Below are positions 12,053 to 23,457 of a DNA stretch of 64,000 bases, piece by piece. Each line of letters starts with the position of its first letter. Within the stretch, counting starts at the first letter, position 1. A model generated the notes under the pieces. It saw nothing but the letters and a program-made list of their open reading frames with translations, was not told the origin of the DNA and did not search any database. Source of the DNA: Octopus sinensis (lineage: Eukaryota); assembly GCF_006345805.1 (NCBI RefSeq), contig NC_043022.1, positions 3,286,001 through 3,350,000 of the forward strand. The letters run 5' to 3'. The translations under genes and the position numbers were made by a program.

Positions 12053-12290
12053 TTTATTTAAAGCAGCAGAAAATTCAACAAAACCTGTTACTCTGAGTTT
12101 CACGTTCGCGTTCGGCAGACAGTTTTTGCTAGAATTCTAGCAAAAACTGTCCGACGAACAGGAACGTGAACTCAGAGTACAGGTTTTGTTGAATTTTCTG
12201 CTGCTTTAAATAAAGCATATTACTCTACCATTGGTATTTGAGTACTCTTTTTTCCACCTTGTTTCACATTTACGTGTTTACTCCGGTATA
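12052..12290. mobile_element. Foldback element with two inverted hammerhead-like motifs (Penelope pLTR or retrozyme-like)
   Basis: Palindrome 12052-12215 centred on GAATTC, plus a ~75-bp tail; flanked by (TA)n on both sides. Confidence 0.7.
12085..12122 (-). ncRNA. Minimal type I hammerhead-ribozyme-like motif
   Basis: CUGU-CUGCCGA-ACG(CGAA)CGU-GAAA-CUCAGAG-UA-ACAG: stems I, II and III and the GUA triplet are present, with one core mismatch (A6->C). Confidence 0.6.
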
Positions 12291-12299
12291 TTTTATTTA

Positions 12300-12341
<42 letters not shown>

Positions 12342-13039
12342 CACACACACATATATGTGTGTGTATATATGTGTGTGTGTGTGTGTGTCTCTATTCAAAG
12401 GGAATATGTAGGTACAGGTCTGTGTATGGGTGTCAGTATCGTTATGACGACCAAGTATGAATGCAAACAGTAAATCTAATCTCTGCTTTTGCAAACACAA
12501 CAGAAATATCTGATTTGATTGCTGTCTTGTACATTGTGCTGTAGCAAAGGTTTTGGGTGTGTATGTTTAGCATGGCTTTGTGTTGTGCAAATGGGTGTTA
12601 CAAGATAAACAAGCACTCTCTCTCTCTCTCTCTTTCCCTCTTATGGTGATAGCCATGTATCTCCTCCACTGCAAGACACTTACTTCTGTCCTTCTAACCA
12701 TTCATCACCTGGCACAATGTCACCTTCCTCAATACTACTCGCTCTGTCAACTGAGGCAGGAGGGTCTTGTTTTGCAAGCTATTTAGTCACCTTGCTGGTA
12801 CAGGTGCACCTGAAAAGCACCCAGTACACTCGATAAAGTGATAGGTGTTAGAAAAGGGTTTTTAGAGCTGTAGAAATCATGATAAAGAAGACAATTTGAG
12901 CCTGGCACAGCTTCCAGCCTGGCCACCACCTGTCAAACTGTCCAACCCAAGTCAGCGAAGAAAATAGATGTTAAATGATGATGATGGTAAAAAGCACCCA
13001 TGCTGGTGTCACATAAGTAGTGTTTGTGCTAGTGCCATG

Positions 13040-13440
13040 AAAAAAATCACCTGTGCAGGTGCCGCATAAAAAGCACCTGTGCAGGTGTTACATAAGCAGT
13101 GCTTGTGCTAGTGCCAGGGAAATAAGCACCTGTGCAGGTGTCATGTGAAAAGCACCTGTGCAGGTGTCACGTGAAAAGCACCTGTGCAGGTGTCACATGA
13201 AAAGCACCTGTGCAGGTGTCACATGAAAAGCACCTCTACAGGTGTCACATGAAAAGCACCTCTACAGGTGTCACATGAAAATCACCTGTGTAGGTGTCGC
13301 ATGAAAATCACCTGTGCTGGTGCCACGTAAACAGCATCTCTGCTAGTGCCTTGAAAAGAAAGCACCTGTACAGGTGTCACGTAAAAAGCACCAACGCTGG
13401 TGTCACATAAGCACTTGTGCTGATGCCACGTAAAAAGCAC
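13040..13440. repeat. 26-bp minisatellite AAAAGCACCTGTGCAGGTGTCACATG inside a family-D retroposon
   Basis: Period 26 (units at 13148, 13174, 13200); internal palindrome CACCTG-TG-CAGGTG. Confidence 0.9.
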
Positions 13441-13904
13441 TTAGTACATTCTGTAAAGTGGGTGGCATTTGGAAGGGTACCTGGCTGCAGAAGCCAAGCC
13501 AAGACTGATGGTAGGGCTCAGTATAGTATTCCGACTTGCCAGCTCCTGTCAAACGATCCTACCTGTGCTAGCATGGAAAACGGGCGTTTAATAATGGTGG
13601 TGATGATGATGATGCTATAAACCTTGTAAAAACCAGAGAATTTTGTGCAGACTCATGACTGAAGGAAAAAGTTGATCATAGAAGAATTTATTTTCAACTA
13701 AAAAGACAGATAAAAGCAAAAGAAAACTAAATGTACCATTGTATGGTAAGTGTGAAAGGCCAGATCTGGTTAGTTTGAGCATAAAGCAAAATATTTGGAT
13801 TGGATATGATTGGTTAAAATGCTAAACCGTTTTTAAATCCGCTTTGGCCCACCAAGACGGAAATTTCAATAAATGTTCTTTTTTTTTTTTGTTCTTCTTC
13901 CCAG

Positions 13905-14051
13905 ATAAATGAACTGACGGAGAAGAAGTGTGAAATCGAAAGAAAGATCCATGTATTAACGGAAGAAAGGGATTCGTACGCCTGTAGCTTGGAAGAATCT
14001 CAAGAGAGAATTTTGATGCTAGAGAAGCAGAAACTAGAACAAGAATTACAT
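13905..14051 (+). CDS. BICDL1: BICD family-like cargo adaptor (BICDR/BICDL1-like), internal exon 1 of window
   Basis: Polypyrimidine tract plus ccag|ATA acceptor and CAT|gtaagc donor; 147 nt, phase 0-0. Encodes INELTEKKCEIERKIHVLTEERDSYACSLEESQERILMLEKQKLEQELH, which matches my recollection of vertebrate BICDL1 (MLSDRKRELEHRLSATLEENDLLQGTVEELQDRVLILERQ). Orthology to BICDL1 versus BICDL2 is not resolved. Confidence 0.88.
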
Positions 14052-14066
14052 GTAAGCATTGATATA

Positions 14067-14468
14067 TACTCTTTTACTCTTTTACTTGTTTCAGTCATTT
14101 GACTGCGGCCATGCTGGAGCACCGCCTTTAGTCGAGCAAATCGACCCCGGGTCTTATTCTTTGTAAGCCCAGTACTTATTTTATCGGTCTCTTTAGCCTA
14201 ACCGCTAAGTGACGGGGACGTAAACACACCAGCATCGATTGTCAGGCAATGCTAGAGGGACAAACACAGACACACAAACATATACACACACACATATATA
14301 CATACATATATACGACAGGCTTCTTTCAGTTTCTGTCTACCAAATCCACTCACAAGGCATTGGTCAGCCCGGGGCTATAGCAGAAGACACTTGCCCAAGA
14401 TGCCACGCAGTGGGACTGAACCCGCAACCATGTGGTTGGTTAGCAAACTACTCACCACACAGCCACTC
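14067..14468 (-). mobile_element. SINE family B
   Basis: Full-length antisense copy beginning about 15 nt after the exon-1 donor. Confidence 0.9.
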
Positions 14469-14716
14469 GTGATCACTCATCTGTGAAGGCACGTGGCTTA
14501 GTGGTTAAGGTGTCCAGCTCATGATCATAGGTTCAATTCCTGGTAGCATGTTGTGTCTCTGAGAAAGACACTTTTGTAAAGCGGTCTTTTGCCAATGTTG
14601 TATTTGTCTTTTGACGACAGTTGTCGCTCTGACACTTATTGTTATATTCTGAAGTCTTCGATGGAATAGTTCTATCTGGCACTGTTTGACGCCCCACTTG
14701 TAAGGTGTTATTATCC

Positions 14717-15052
14717 AGGTGCATGGCTCAGTGGTTAGAGCGTCGAGCTTACGATCGTGAGGTTGTGAACTCGAATCCAGGACCGGGCTGCGTGTTGTGT
14801 TCTTGAGCAAGACACTTTATTTCACGTTGTTCCAGTTCACTCAGCTGTAGAAATGAGTTGTGATGTCACGGGTGCCAAGCTGTATCGGCCCCTTTGCTTT
14901 TCCCTTGGGTAACACTGGTGGCGTGGAGAGGGGAGGCTGGTATGCATGGGCGACTACTGGTCTTCCATAAAACCACTTTGCCCAGACTTGTGACTAGGAG
15001 GGTAACTTTCTAGGTGCAATCCCATGGTCAGTGTCGTGACCGAAGGGGGTCA
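14717..15052 (+). mobile_element. SINE family E
   Basis: tRNA-like head, GTGTTCTTGAGCAAGACACTTT motif and GACCGAAGGGGGTC tail. Confidence 0.82.
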
Positions 15053-15064
15053 CAGATCCCAGAT

Positions 15065-15330
15065 ATTTAAGAGATGAGGAATTATGTACATTATTAACAT
15101 TTGATGGATGTTTGTCCTCATTTTGTTTGTTGTTAACACAACATTTTGGCTGATATACCATCCAGCCTTCATCAGGTGTCTTGAGGAAATTTCAAACCTG
15201 GGTTCTCATTCCTAATAATAATAATAATAATAACAACAACAACATTGAAAAATACCTTAGGAATGAGAACCCAGGTTCAAAATCTCCCCAAGTCATCTGA
15301 AACATTGTGTTAACAAGATGAGGACAAATA
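15065..15330. mobile_element. Partially inverted Penelope-LTR-like element with a hammerhead-like motif
   Basis: AACCTGGGTTCTCATTCCTAA and TTAGGAATGAGAACCCAGGTT are inverted around (AAT)n, as are TTTGTCCTCAT and ATGAGGACAAA. Minus strand at 15133-15180 reads GACAC-CUGAUGA-A-GGCUG..CAGCC-AAAA-UGUU-GUGUU. Confidence 0.6.
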
Positions 15331-15340
15331 TATATGTATG

Positions 15341-15573
15341 CATGGTTGGTCAAAGGTCACCCAACAGTAAATCAAAATTCCATAAATACTCTGTAATTCT
15401 GTATTGACTCGAATGGAAGAATGGTATCGCTCAAGAAGGACTTCTGTTTGACCAATTTTCATTATGTTTCATATTTAGATGCTTTTATTAAATTCATTCA
15501 GTTATTAAAACATAAATAAATCTTGGAATTAAACAGTTTTGACTTACTGTCTGGTGTCTTTTGGCCAACCCTG
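15341..15573. mobile_element. Tc1/mariner-type MITE
   Basis: Imperfect TIR CATGGTTGGTCAAAGGTCACC / GGTGTCTTTTGGCCAACCCTG|TA. Confidence 0.6.
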
Positions 15574-15924
15574 TATGTATATATATATATATACACACAC
15601 ACATGCACACACATCATGAGCATTTACATGATTTCTGTCTACTAAATTCACTCATAAGGCTTTTTGTCAGCCTGGGGTTGTAGTAAAAATTGCTTCCCAA
15701 GGTGCCCACACAGTGGGACAAGGTTGTAAAGCAAGCCTCTTAGCCATACAGCTGGCCTTCAATGATTGAAATGTTTTGAGATTTTTTGAAATTCTTTAAT
15801 AAAATATTTCTAAATAAATTTTTAAATTTAAATAAACTTTTCAAATATCAAATTATTTTTAAAAACAAAAATAATTATCTAATTAAAAAAATTTTTTTTT
15901 TATCAAAACCAAAATCCCACTCAG

Positions 15925-16110
15925 ATCCGTAACCAAGGTCGAGAAATCTACGAACTTCAGGAGGTGAACCACCAACTCCAGGCCCAGATCGAAAATTTGT
16001 CTCAACGAACATCATACGGCAACACAGGTCCACCTAGTCAAACCCTCTTCAATGAACTGTCGGGTCTTTCGGTCGACAGTGACAAAGAACCAGCTGTCCT
16101 ATCGGTGCAG
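15925..16110 (+). CDS. BICDL1: BICDR/BICDL1-like, internal exon 2
   Basis: tcag|ATC acceptor and CAG|gtagga donor; 186 nt, phase 0-0. Encodes IRNQGREIYELQEVNHQLQAQIENLSQRTSYGNTGPPSQTLFNELSGLSVDSDKEPAVLSVQ. It continues the heptads and contains the BICD-family SL(F/L)xE(L/I)-type motif (TLFNEL). Confidence 0.88.
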
Positions 16111-16635
16111 GTAGGAACCAGATTTCTATCATTGGATCCCTTGGATCTCTTGTTGTTGTTGATATTGTTTAGCAAGGCCTGATCATGCAATCGTATGGTG
16201 AAGGCATTCCAATCATGACCATCCAGCGTTTTTGTTTCTTTTTTTACAGCTTCATATATTCCCGACTACATTATCTGCTCTTTCCCTTTTTTTCTTCTCA
16301 TTAACCCTTTTGATATCAACTCACCAGGGACCACCCTTGGTCCTGTGATACAAACTTCTGTTTTAAAGTGAGCTAAATTAAAACCTTCCCCCAAAATTCC
16401 ATGTTAATTTATATTCCAAATACCAATTTAATAATGGCAAAGTTATTTTACTAATCATCATCATCATCATCCAGTGTTTTAAATCCGGGTTTTGTCCTCG
16501 TTAAAGGGGGTGGCTGGATCTACCTTAATGCCATAGCCACTGCCCTCACACCATCTCACCTAGTCTTGAGCGTCCTCCGTTATTCTGAAGAAACAAAGGC
16601 AGTCTATTTCAAGAGAAATATTGTAACTAAAGGTT

Positions 16636-16861
16636 TAACCCTTTAGTGTTCAGATTATTCTATCAAACATAATGCTTATTGATTCCCATTGATTTGAATT
16701 AATCATGCATTATCTCATATCTTCAAGATCTTGATGGTGTAATTACTTAATGTAGAATAACATTGTGGGGTAGGTGTGAGAGTCTGGATCTGGTCAGTTT
16801 GAACATAAAACAGATTAAATATTTTGGCCGGATATGGCCGGTTTAAATACTAAAGGGTTAA
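16636..16861. mobile_element. piggyBac-type MITE family P1
   Basis: TTAA|CCCTTTAG...CTAAAGGG|TTAA; near-identical copies at 24809-25035 (inverted), 34193-34418 and 36151-36377. Confidence 0.88.
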
Positions 16862-17177
16862 AAACATCAGGGTGTGGTTTGAGGGAGATTTGACTGCTAT
16901 TTCTAACAAGCCGTTTCCACAGAGGGGATTTCTTATTAGTCTTTTCAGCTGTTGTTGTTTAACCCCAAATCAACAGATTCCCGGGTGGGTCATAGGGGTA
17001 GAGTTCTCAGGCACCTCCTCCATAGGGTCCTTACACTTTCAGGATGGATTCCCAAGCATTGACCAAGTGGGACCCATCTCAGTCATTGTCTCTCCCTAAA
17101 TCTTCTGATGGTTGCCTTGGCTTGTAGAATCCTTTTTTGCAATTGTTTCCCTGAGACATTTTAATCACATGTCCATA

Positions 17178-17342
17178 GGCGCAGGAGTGGCTGTGTGGTA
17201 AGTAGCTTGCTAACCAACCACATGGTTCCGGGTTCAGTCCCACTGCGTGGCATCTTGGGCAAGTGTCTTCTGCTATAGCCCCGGGCCGGCCAATGCCTTG
17301 TGAGTGGATTTGGTAGACGGAAACTGAAAGAAGCCTGTCGTA

Positions 17343-17384
<42 letters not shown>

Positions 17385-17604
17385 TTTGTGTGTCTGTGTT
17401 TGTCCCCCTAGCATTGCTTGACAACCGATGCTGGTGTGTTTACGTCTCCGTAACTTAGCGGTTTGGCAAAAAGAGACCGATAGAATAAGTACTGGGCTTA
17501 CAAAGAATAAGTCCCAGGGTCGATTTGCTCGACTAAAGGCGGTGCTCCAGCATGGCCGCAGTCAAATGACTGAAACAAGTAAAAGAGTAAAAGAGTAAAG
17601 AGAG
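17178..17604 (+). mobile_element. SINE family B
   Basis: Full-length copy with a GTAAAAGA tail. Confidence 0.92.
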
Positions 17605-17845
17605 TGTCAGAACTATGATCCCTCAATGCGGAGAAGTAGCAGTTTGATCTGGAGGGTCTCCCTGATCTCCAAGCTATGCACCCTGTCAAGTAACAGTGGA
17701 GGAACCCTATTTTGGTTGCCTGCATTTGCAACCATATTCTTTAGGTCCCTACTTAACAGTCATAACGATGGGTAAGGATAGGCATGAGAACCAAATTGAA
17801 AACAATGAGTTTAGCTCTTTTAACAACTTCTCCTCCTCTGGGAAT

Positions 17846-18680
17846 CAGGGCCAGATTAAGACCCATCGAGGCCCTAAGCACTTAGAAGATTTTGGTGCCC
17901 CCCCATAAAAGATTATGTTATTCAAAATATAAACAATAACAAACCATAAAATAAATTTTTATTTTTCAAAACGAAACAAAACAGTAAGAAAGGAAAATAA
18001 TGTTTATTTTTGTATTTTTTCCACTTTATTTATATTTAAACTAGCAGTATCGCCCGGCGTTGCTCGGGTTTGTAAGGGAAATAACTATATAAGCATTTTT
18101 AGGGAGTTATAGCCAAAAATTAGCAAAAAAAATGCATTAAAAATGGAAAAAAAAATTATGGTAAATTTTTTTAAAAATCGTTGACTCGTCGTAGACATTT
18201 TTAGAGAGTTACTTCCCTTATATAATAGAGAAAAAATGCATTAAAATGGAAAAAAAATGATGGTAATTTTTTTTTTAAATCGTAGACTCATCGTAGACGC
18301 GCACTAATACCCAGAAGGGCTCGATATGTCTCACGACTATAAGATACCCGGTTTTGGTTACTCTGAACCGCAAAATATGGGAGTAGTTAGGAATCTAAAT
18401 CGTAGGAGACAGACAGCACACACAACCTCACTTTTATATATAAAGATTGTTTCCTGCTACTTTTTTGAATTGCAAAGTCTTTAATCAGATCCTCAAAAGT
18501 AATCTTAGGTAACACATCTGCTTCTATACTTAGCAGAGATAAAGGCATCCCAAATATTATTTTAGCAAATTTAAAGTGATTTCTTTTGTGCCGTAAATCT
18601 TTTACCATTTCTGTGTGCCCCCCCCCCACCTTGATGTCCTAAGCACGTGCTAATTCTGCTAAATGGTTAATCCAGTGCTA
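17846..18680 (-). mobile_element. Non-autonomous hAT element with a transposase C-terminal (dimerisation) remnant
   Basis: Perfect 8-bp TSD CTGGGAAT (17838-17845 and 18681-18688); TIR CAGGGCCAGATTAA / TTAATCCAGTGCTA; minus-strand LSLLSIEADVLPKITFEDLIKDFAIQKSSRK, typical of a hAT C-terminus. Confidence 0.88.
18041..18446 (-). mobile_element. Non-autonomous Helitron nested in the hAT element
   Basis: Minus strand: A|TCTTTATATATAAAA start, CCCGAGCAACGCCGGG hairpin and CTAG|T end. Confidence 0.85.
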
Positions 18681-18810
18681 CTGGGAATTGAATACTGGAA
18701 CTGTACTAACATTTGCAATTCTAGCATCCAATACAGCCCCCTGCTTCCCATCACTCAGGAATATGGCCCCTGAGATACTTAAACTTCTCAACTTTATAAA
18801 TATATATATA

Positions 18811-19163
18811 TACTCTTTTACTCTTTTCAGTCATTTGACTGCGGCCATGCTGGAGCACCGCCTTTAGTCGAGCAAATCGACCCTGGGACTTATTCTTTAT
18901 AAACCCAGTACTTATTCTATCGGTCTCTTTTGCCGAACCGCTAAGTGACGGGGACGTAAGCGCACCAGCATCGGTTGTCAAGCAATGCTAGGGGGACAAA
19001 CACAGACACACAAACACACACACACATACATATATATACATATATACGACAGGCTTCTTTCAGTTTCCGTCTACCAAATCCACTCACAAGGCATTGGTCG
19101 GGACTGAACCCGGAACCATGTGGTTGGTTAGCAAGCTACTTATCACACAGCCACTCCTGTGCC
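18811..19163 (-). mobile_element. SINE family B (internal deletion)
   Basis: Homologous to 17178-17604; sits in (TA)n. Confidence 0.88.
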
Positions 19164-19168
19164 TATAT

Positions 19169-19212
<44 letters not shown>

Positions 19213-19488
19213 ATATATATATGTGTGTATAATATAGCTGACAGATTAAAATTAATCAAAGGACATACTAAGTATGTCTACCTGCTGGAAATAACAGTCA
19301 AAATTCTTATTTAAATCAGCTATGTAATGCTTTTTTGGGGCTTGCAGTCACCTATATTATTAATTCTTATACTATCATTTTTAATTGTTACGCTAGATAA
19401 TAACAGAGTCAATAATATCTTTGCAAATATTTTTCTCCTGAATCATTTGCTCCTTATTCAAATTATATATATGTATATGATATAATAT

Positions 19489-19784
19489 GTGGTGGCGCAA
19501 TGGCCCAGTGGTTAGGGCAGCGGACTCGCGGTTTCGATTCCCAGACCGGGCGTTGTGAGTGTATATTGAGCGAAAACACCTAAAGCTCCATGAGGCTCCG
19601 GCAGGGGGTGGTGGCAATCCCTGCTGTACTCTTTCGCCAAAACTTTCTCTCACTCTTTCTTCTGTTGGCCTACTCACTTAGCCAGCAGGGTGGCGTCATT
19701 CGAAGGCTAAAACAATGCGAACGCATTGTGACCAGCGATGTGTAGCAACATCTGATGGTCTGGTCGGTCACGTGATGACACGTG
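19489..19784 (+). mobile_element. SINE with a family-A head and a different 3' tail
   Basis: TSD ATATGATATAATAT; head nearly identical to family A; tail ...GGTCTGGTCGGTCACGTGAT. Confidence 0.85.
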
Positions 19785-20104
19785 ATATGATATAATATAG
19801 TGTTATGTATGATGCTGGTGCCACATAAAAAGCACACTCTGTAAAGTGGTTGGCCTTAGGAAGGGCGTCTGGCTGTAGAAACCATGCCTAAACAGAGAAC
19901 TGGAGCCCGGTTCAGTTCTCTGGCTTGTCAGTTCCTGTCAAAACCATCCAGCCCATTCCAGCATGGAAAATGGACACTAAATAAGGATGATGATAATGTA
20001 TGTATATTATACATGTATGTATGTATGCATGTATGAATGAAGTTAAGCAAGACAAAACTTTAAAGTCACTATCAACCTTTTCCTTGTAGAAATTTAATAA
20101 ATAT

Positions 20105-20277
20105 GCAGGAGTTGGCTGTGTGGTAAGTAGCTTGCTTACCAACCACACGGTTCTGGGTTCAGTCCTACTGTGTGGTATCTTGGGCAAGTGTCTTCTACTA
20201 TAGCCTCGGGCCAACCAAAGCCTTGTGAGTGGATTTGGTAGACGGAAACTGAAAGAGATCTGTCGTGTGTATGTGTG

Positions 20278-20308
<31 letters not shown>

Positions 20309-20523
20309 GTATATGTGTGTGCATGATTGTGTGTCTGTGTTTGTCCCTAAACCATCACTTGACAACCCACGTTGGTGAGTTTGCGTCCCCATAACTTAGC
20401 GGTTCGGCAAAAGAGACCAATAGAATAAATACTAGGCTTACAAAGAATAAGTCCCGGGGTCGATTTTTTTTGACTAAAGGCGGTGCTCCAGCATGGCTGC
20501 AAACAAGTAAAAGAATAAAAGAA
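20105..20523 (+). mobile_element. SINE family B (older copy)
   Basis: Diverged homologue of family B. Confidence 0.82.
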
Positions 20524-21121
20524 TGCACTCAACTAAAAAATATTGAGTTTAATGTTAAATTGTTTTTATAAGTTGACATAAAAAAAAGCCACACACACAC
20601 ACACATATCCACACACAACCACACACGCACACTCACGTTCGCACACACACTCGTGTGCACACACACACAGCTACAGCTCTTGGGGTGGGACTAGTAAAAA
20701 ATATAACAAGAGAGACAAGATTTAGAATCTGATTCACCCCCTAAACCCTAAACCCTTGCATATTTCGTTGTGTTGACTTAAAAGGCTCCATTATAAACAT
20801 TCCCAAAATGTTTTCTTAGGATTTAAAATTTTGAAACGACTTTTAAAGGAAGTTTTTATTTTAGAGGAAGCGGAGACAGAAAACGGAATGGGTCTTGTGT
20901 TTCTTGTTTCGTATATCGGTCGGTAGGATTCCACAAATCTGGGTCAAATCATTGAATACACACACCCATATACACATACTCAAGAAAACTACACAAATGC
21001 ATAATGCGTGTGTGTGTGTGTGTGTGTGAATTTTTCCTGAAGATGTGTGAAGTGTTTAATGTGAATTTGCTATTGCTGCTGTCTCCTGATTTGTTGCTGA
21101 TAGAATATCGAAATGTTTACT

Positions 21122-21378
21122 ATTGCAGCGTGGAAGGTGTTTATAAGGCATTTGAGAAACACACAAAAAAAAAACGGTAGATTCACTTCAACATTTAACA
21201 TTTAATTTGTCAAAATATTTTCGTCACTTTGAAACCGCGACGGAGTTTTGTCAGTGAACAGGTCGCGGTCTCAAAGCGACGAAAATATTTTGACAAATTA
21301 AATGTTAAATGTTGAAGTGAATCTAACGGTTTTTGTGTGTTTCTTAAATGGCTTACAAACACCTTCCACGCTGCAATT
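21122..21378. mobile_element. Foldback (palindromic) MITE-like element, copy 1
   Basis: ~115-bp inverted arms around a ~22-nt spacer. Confidence 0.8.
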
Positions 21379-21409
21379 GTTTTTGTTTCAATGAATATTT
21401 GTTTCAATT

Positions 21410-21779
21410 CACGGAGATGTACTTGCATAGCAAGTGACCTGATCTGAGATCGTGTGCTGAAACAAAAACAATTGCAGCGTGGAAGGTGTTTATATGCCAT
21501 TTAAAAACATACAAAAACCGTTAGGTTCATTTCAACATTTAAATTTAATTTGTCAAAATATTTTCGTCGCTTTGAGATCGCGACAGAGTTTTGTCAGTGA
21601 ACAGGTCACGATCTCAAAGCGACGAAAATATTTTGACAAATTAAATTTAAATGTTGAAGTGAATCTAACGGCTTTTGTGTGTTTCTTAAATGGCTTATAA
21701 ACACCTTCCATGCTGCAATTGTTTTCGTTCCGGCACACAATCTCAGTTCAGGTCACTTGCTGTGCAAGTACATCTCCGT
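21410..21779. mobile_element. Foldback MITE-like element, copy 2 (longer arms)
   Basis: ACGGAGATGTACTTGCA...TGCAAGTACATCTCCGT ends; ~170-bp inverted arms. Confidence 0.82.
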
Positions 21780-21899
21780 AATGTTTACAAGTGATTGGAG
21801 AGGAATTTTGTCATTTAGGAAGACAGACAGTAGCTGAGAGTCAGTCTCTGTCCTGTTGCAGAGTTTGAGTCCCAAAGATGACCCCTATACTCACCAAGT

Positions 21900-22080
21900 T
21901 CTCCTAGCTCTCTCCTCTTTTCATTAATCAACTCTAATCTTCAGAAGCATGCTACAATATGTCCCCTCTCCCAGAGAAGGGCAACCTCTGACCCCTGCCA
22001 ATTATTGCCCCATGTCTCTCGATTCTAATATCTCTGAGATAATGGAGACAGAGATTATAAATAACATCCTCCTTCGTTTG
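21900..22080 (+). mobile_element. Decayed LINE (CR1/L2/Jockey-like) RT fragment
   Basis: Frameshifted P..KG..DPANYCPMSL, matching the PxxKG...NYRPISL motif of non-LTR reverse transcriptases. Confidence 0.55.
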
Positions 22081-22394
22081 TCAGTGTAGAAAGTAAAGAC
22101 CCCCTTCGGTCACGGATGACTGTGGGGTTGCACCTAGAAAGTTCCTCTCCGAGGCACAAATCTGTGCAAGGTTGTTCATAGAAGAGCAGCAATGTAGGGA
22201 ACTATTTCAGCTCCCTACATTGTGTATTCAAATTCTTCCAGGGTCAGCTCTGCCCTTTATCCTTTCTCAGATGGATAAATAATGCAACAGTCGCGTACAG
22301 TCGTGTATTCTTCACTTCTTCCCAATATTTCTGTCTGTCCCTCTTTCCTGAAGATGTCAGTTGTGTTCCATCCAGGAAAGAGCCCAACTCTAAA

Positions 22395-22784
22395 TGGATG
22401 GAAGCACTCCGTCGGTTACGACGACGAGGGTTCCGGTTGATCCAAATCAACGGAACAGCCTGCTCGTGAAATTAACGTGTAAGTGGCTGAGCACTCCACA
22501 GACATGTGTACCCTTAACGTAGTTCTCGGGGATATTCAGCGTGACACAGAGAGTGACAAGGCCGGCCCTTTTGAAATACAGGTATAACAGAAACAGGAAG
22601 TAAGAGTGAGAGAAAGTTGTGATGAAGGAGTACAGCAGGGATCACCACCATCCCCTGTCGGAGCCTCGTGGAGCTTTTAGGTGTTTTCGCTCAATAAACA
22701 CTCACAACGCCCGGTCTGGGAATCGAAACCGCGATCCTATGACCGCGAGTCCGCTGCCCTAACCACTGGGCCATTGCGCCTCCA
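22395..22784 (-). mobile_element. SINE family A
   Basis: Full length; TSD CCCAACTCTAAA. Confidence 0.92.
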
Positions 22785-23054
22785 CCCAACTCTAAAACCA
22801 CTGGGTTTAAAAAGTGCCCAAGACATCCATATGTCACCATGACATCCTTATGACCCTGTGCATAATTTAGGGCTTGTGGTATGGCATAAGTCATTTCTGT
22901 GACTACGGTTGTGTAAGAACAGATCCAAAGAGTTGTTCAAACGACATAGAACAACAACCAATCATATCAAGTTATGTGATACTTCGTGAGACATTCCTAC
23001 AATACATTAGAAGAGATAGGAACTATGTCACAACTTGACATTAAATGTCCCTAT

Positions 23055-23394
23055 AGCTAGCTAGCTGTCTGTCTATCTATCTAGCTGTGCCTGTCTATCT
23101 AGCTGTCTGTCTATCTATCTCTCTATCTATTTATCTATCTACCTATCTAGCTGCCTGTCTATCTATCTATCTACCTATCTAGCTGCCTGTCTGTCTATCT
23201 CTCTCTCTATCTCTATCTATCTCTCTATCTGTTTGTCTGTCTGTCTATCTCTCTCTCTCTCTCTATCTATCTCTCTATCTGTTTGTCTGTCTGTCTATCT
23301 CTCTCTATCTCTATCTATCTCTCTATCTGTCTGTCTGTCTGTCTATCTAGCTGCCTGTCTGTCTATCTCTCTATCTGTCTGTCTGTCTATCTAG

Positions 23395-23457
<63 letters not shown>

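Noticed and set aside
13040-13440. Palindromic 26-bp repeats resembling CRISPR repeats
   Set aside because: The units are contiguous without spacers and lie inside a retroposon.
14717-14790. tRNA gene candidates (also the heads at 1561, 3447, 5571, 19489)
   Set aside because: They are tRNA-derived SINE heads continuous with SINE bodies and lack a proper acceptor stem.
20865-20922. Potential small cassette exon (ttttag|AGGAAGCGG...)
   Set aside because: The best donor gives 58 nt (a frameshift), the in-frame donor is weak, and there is no homology support.
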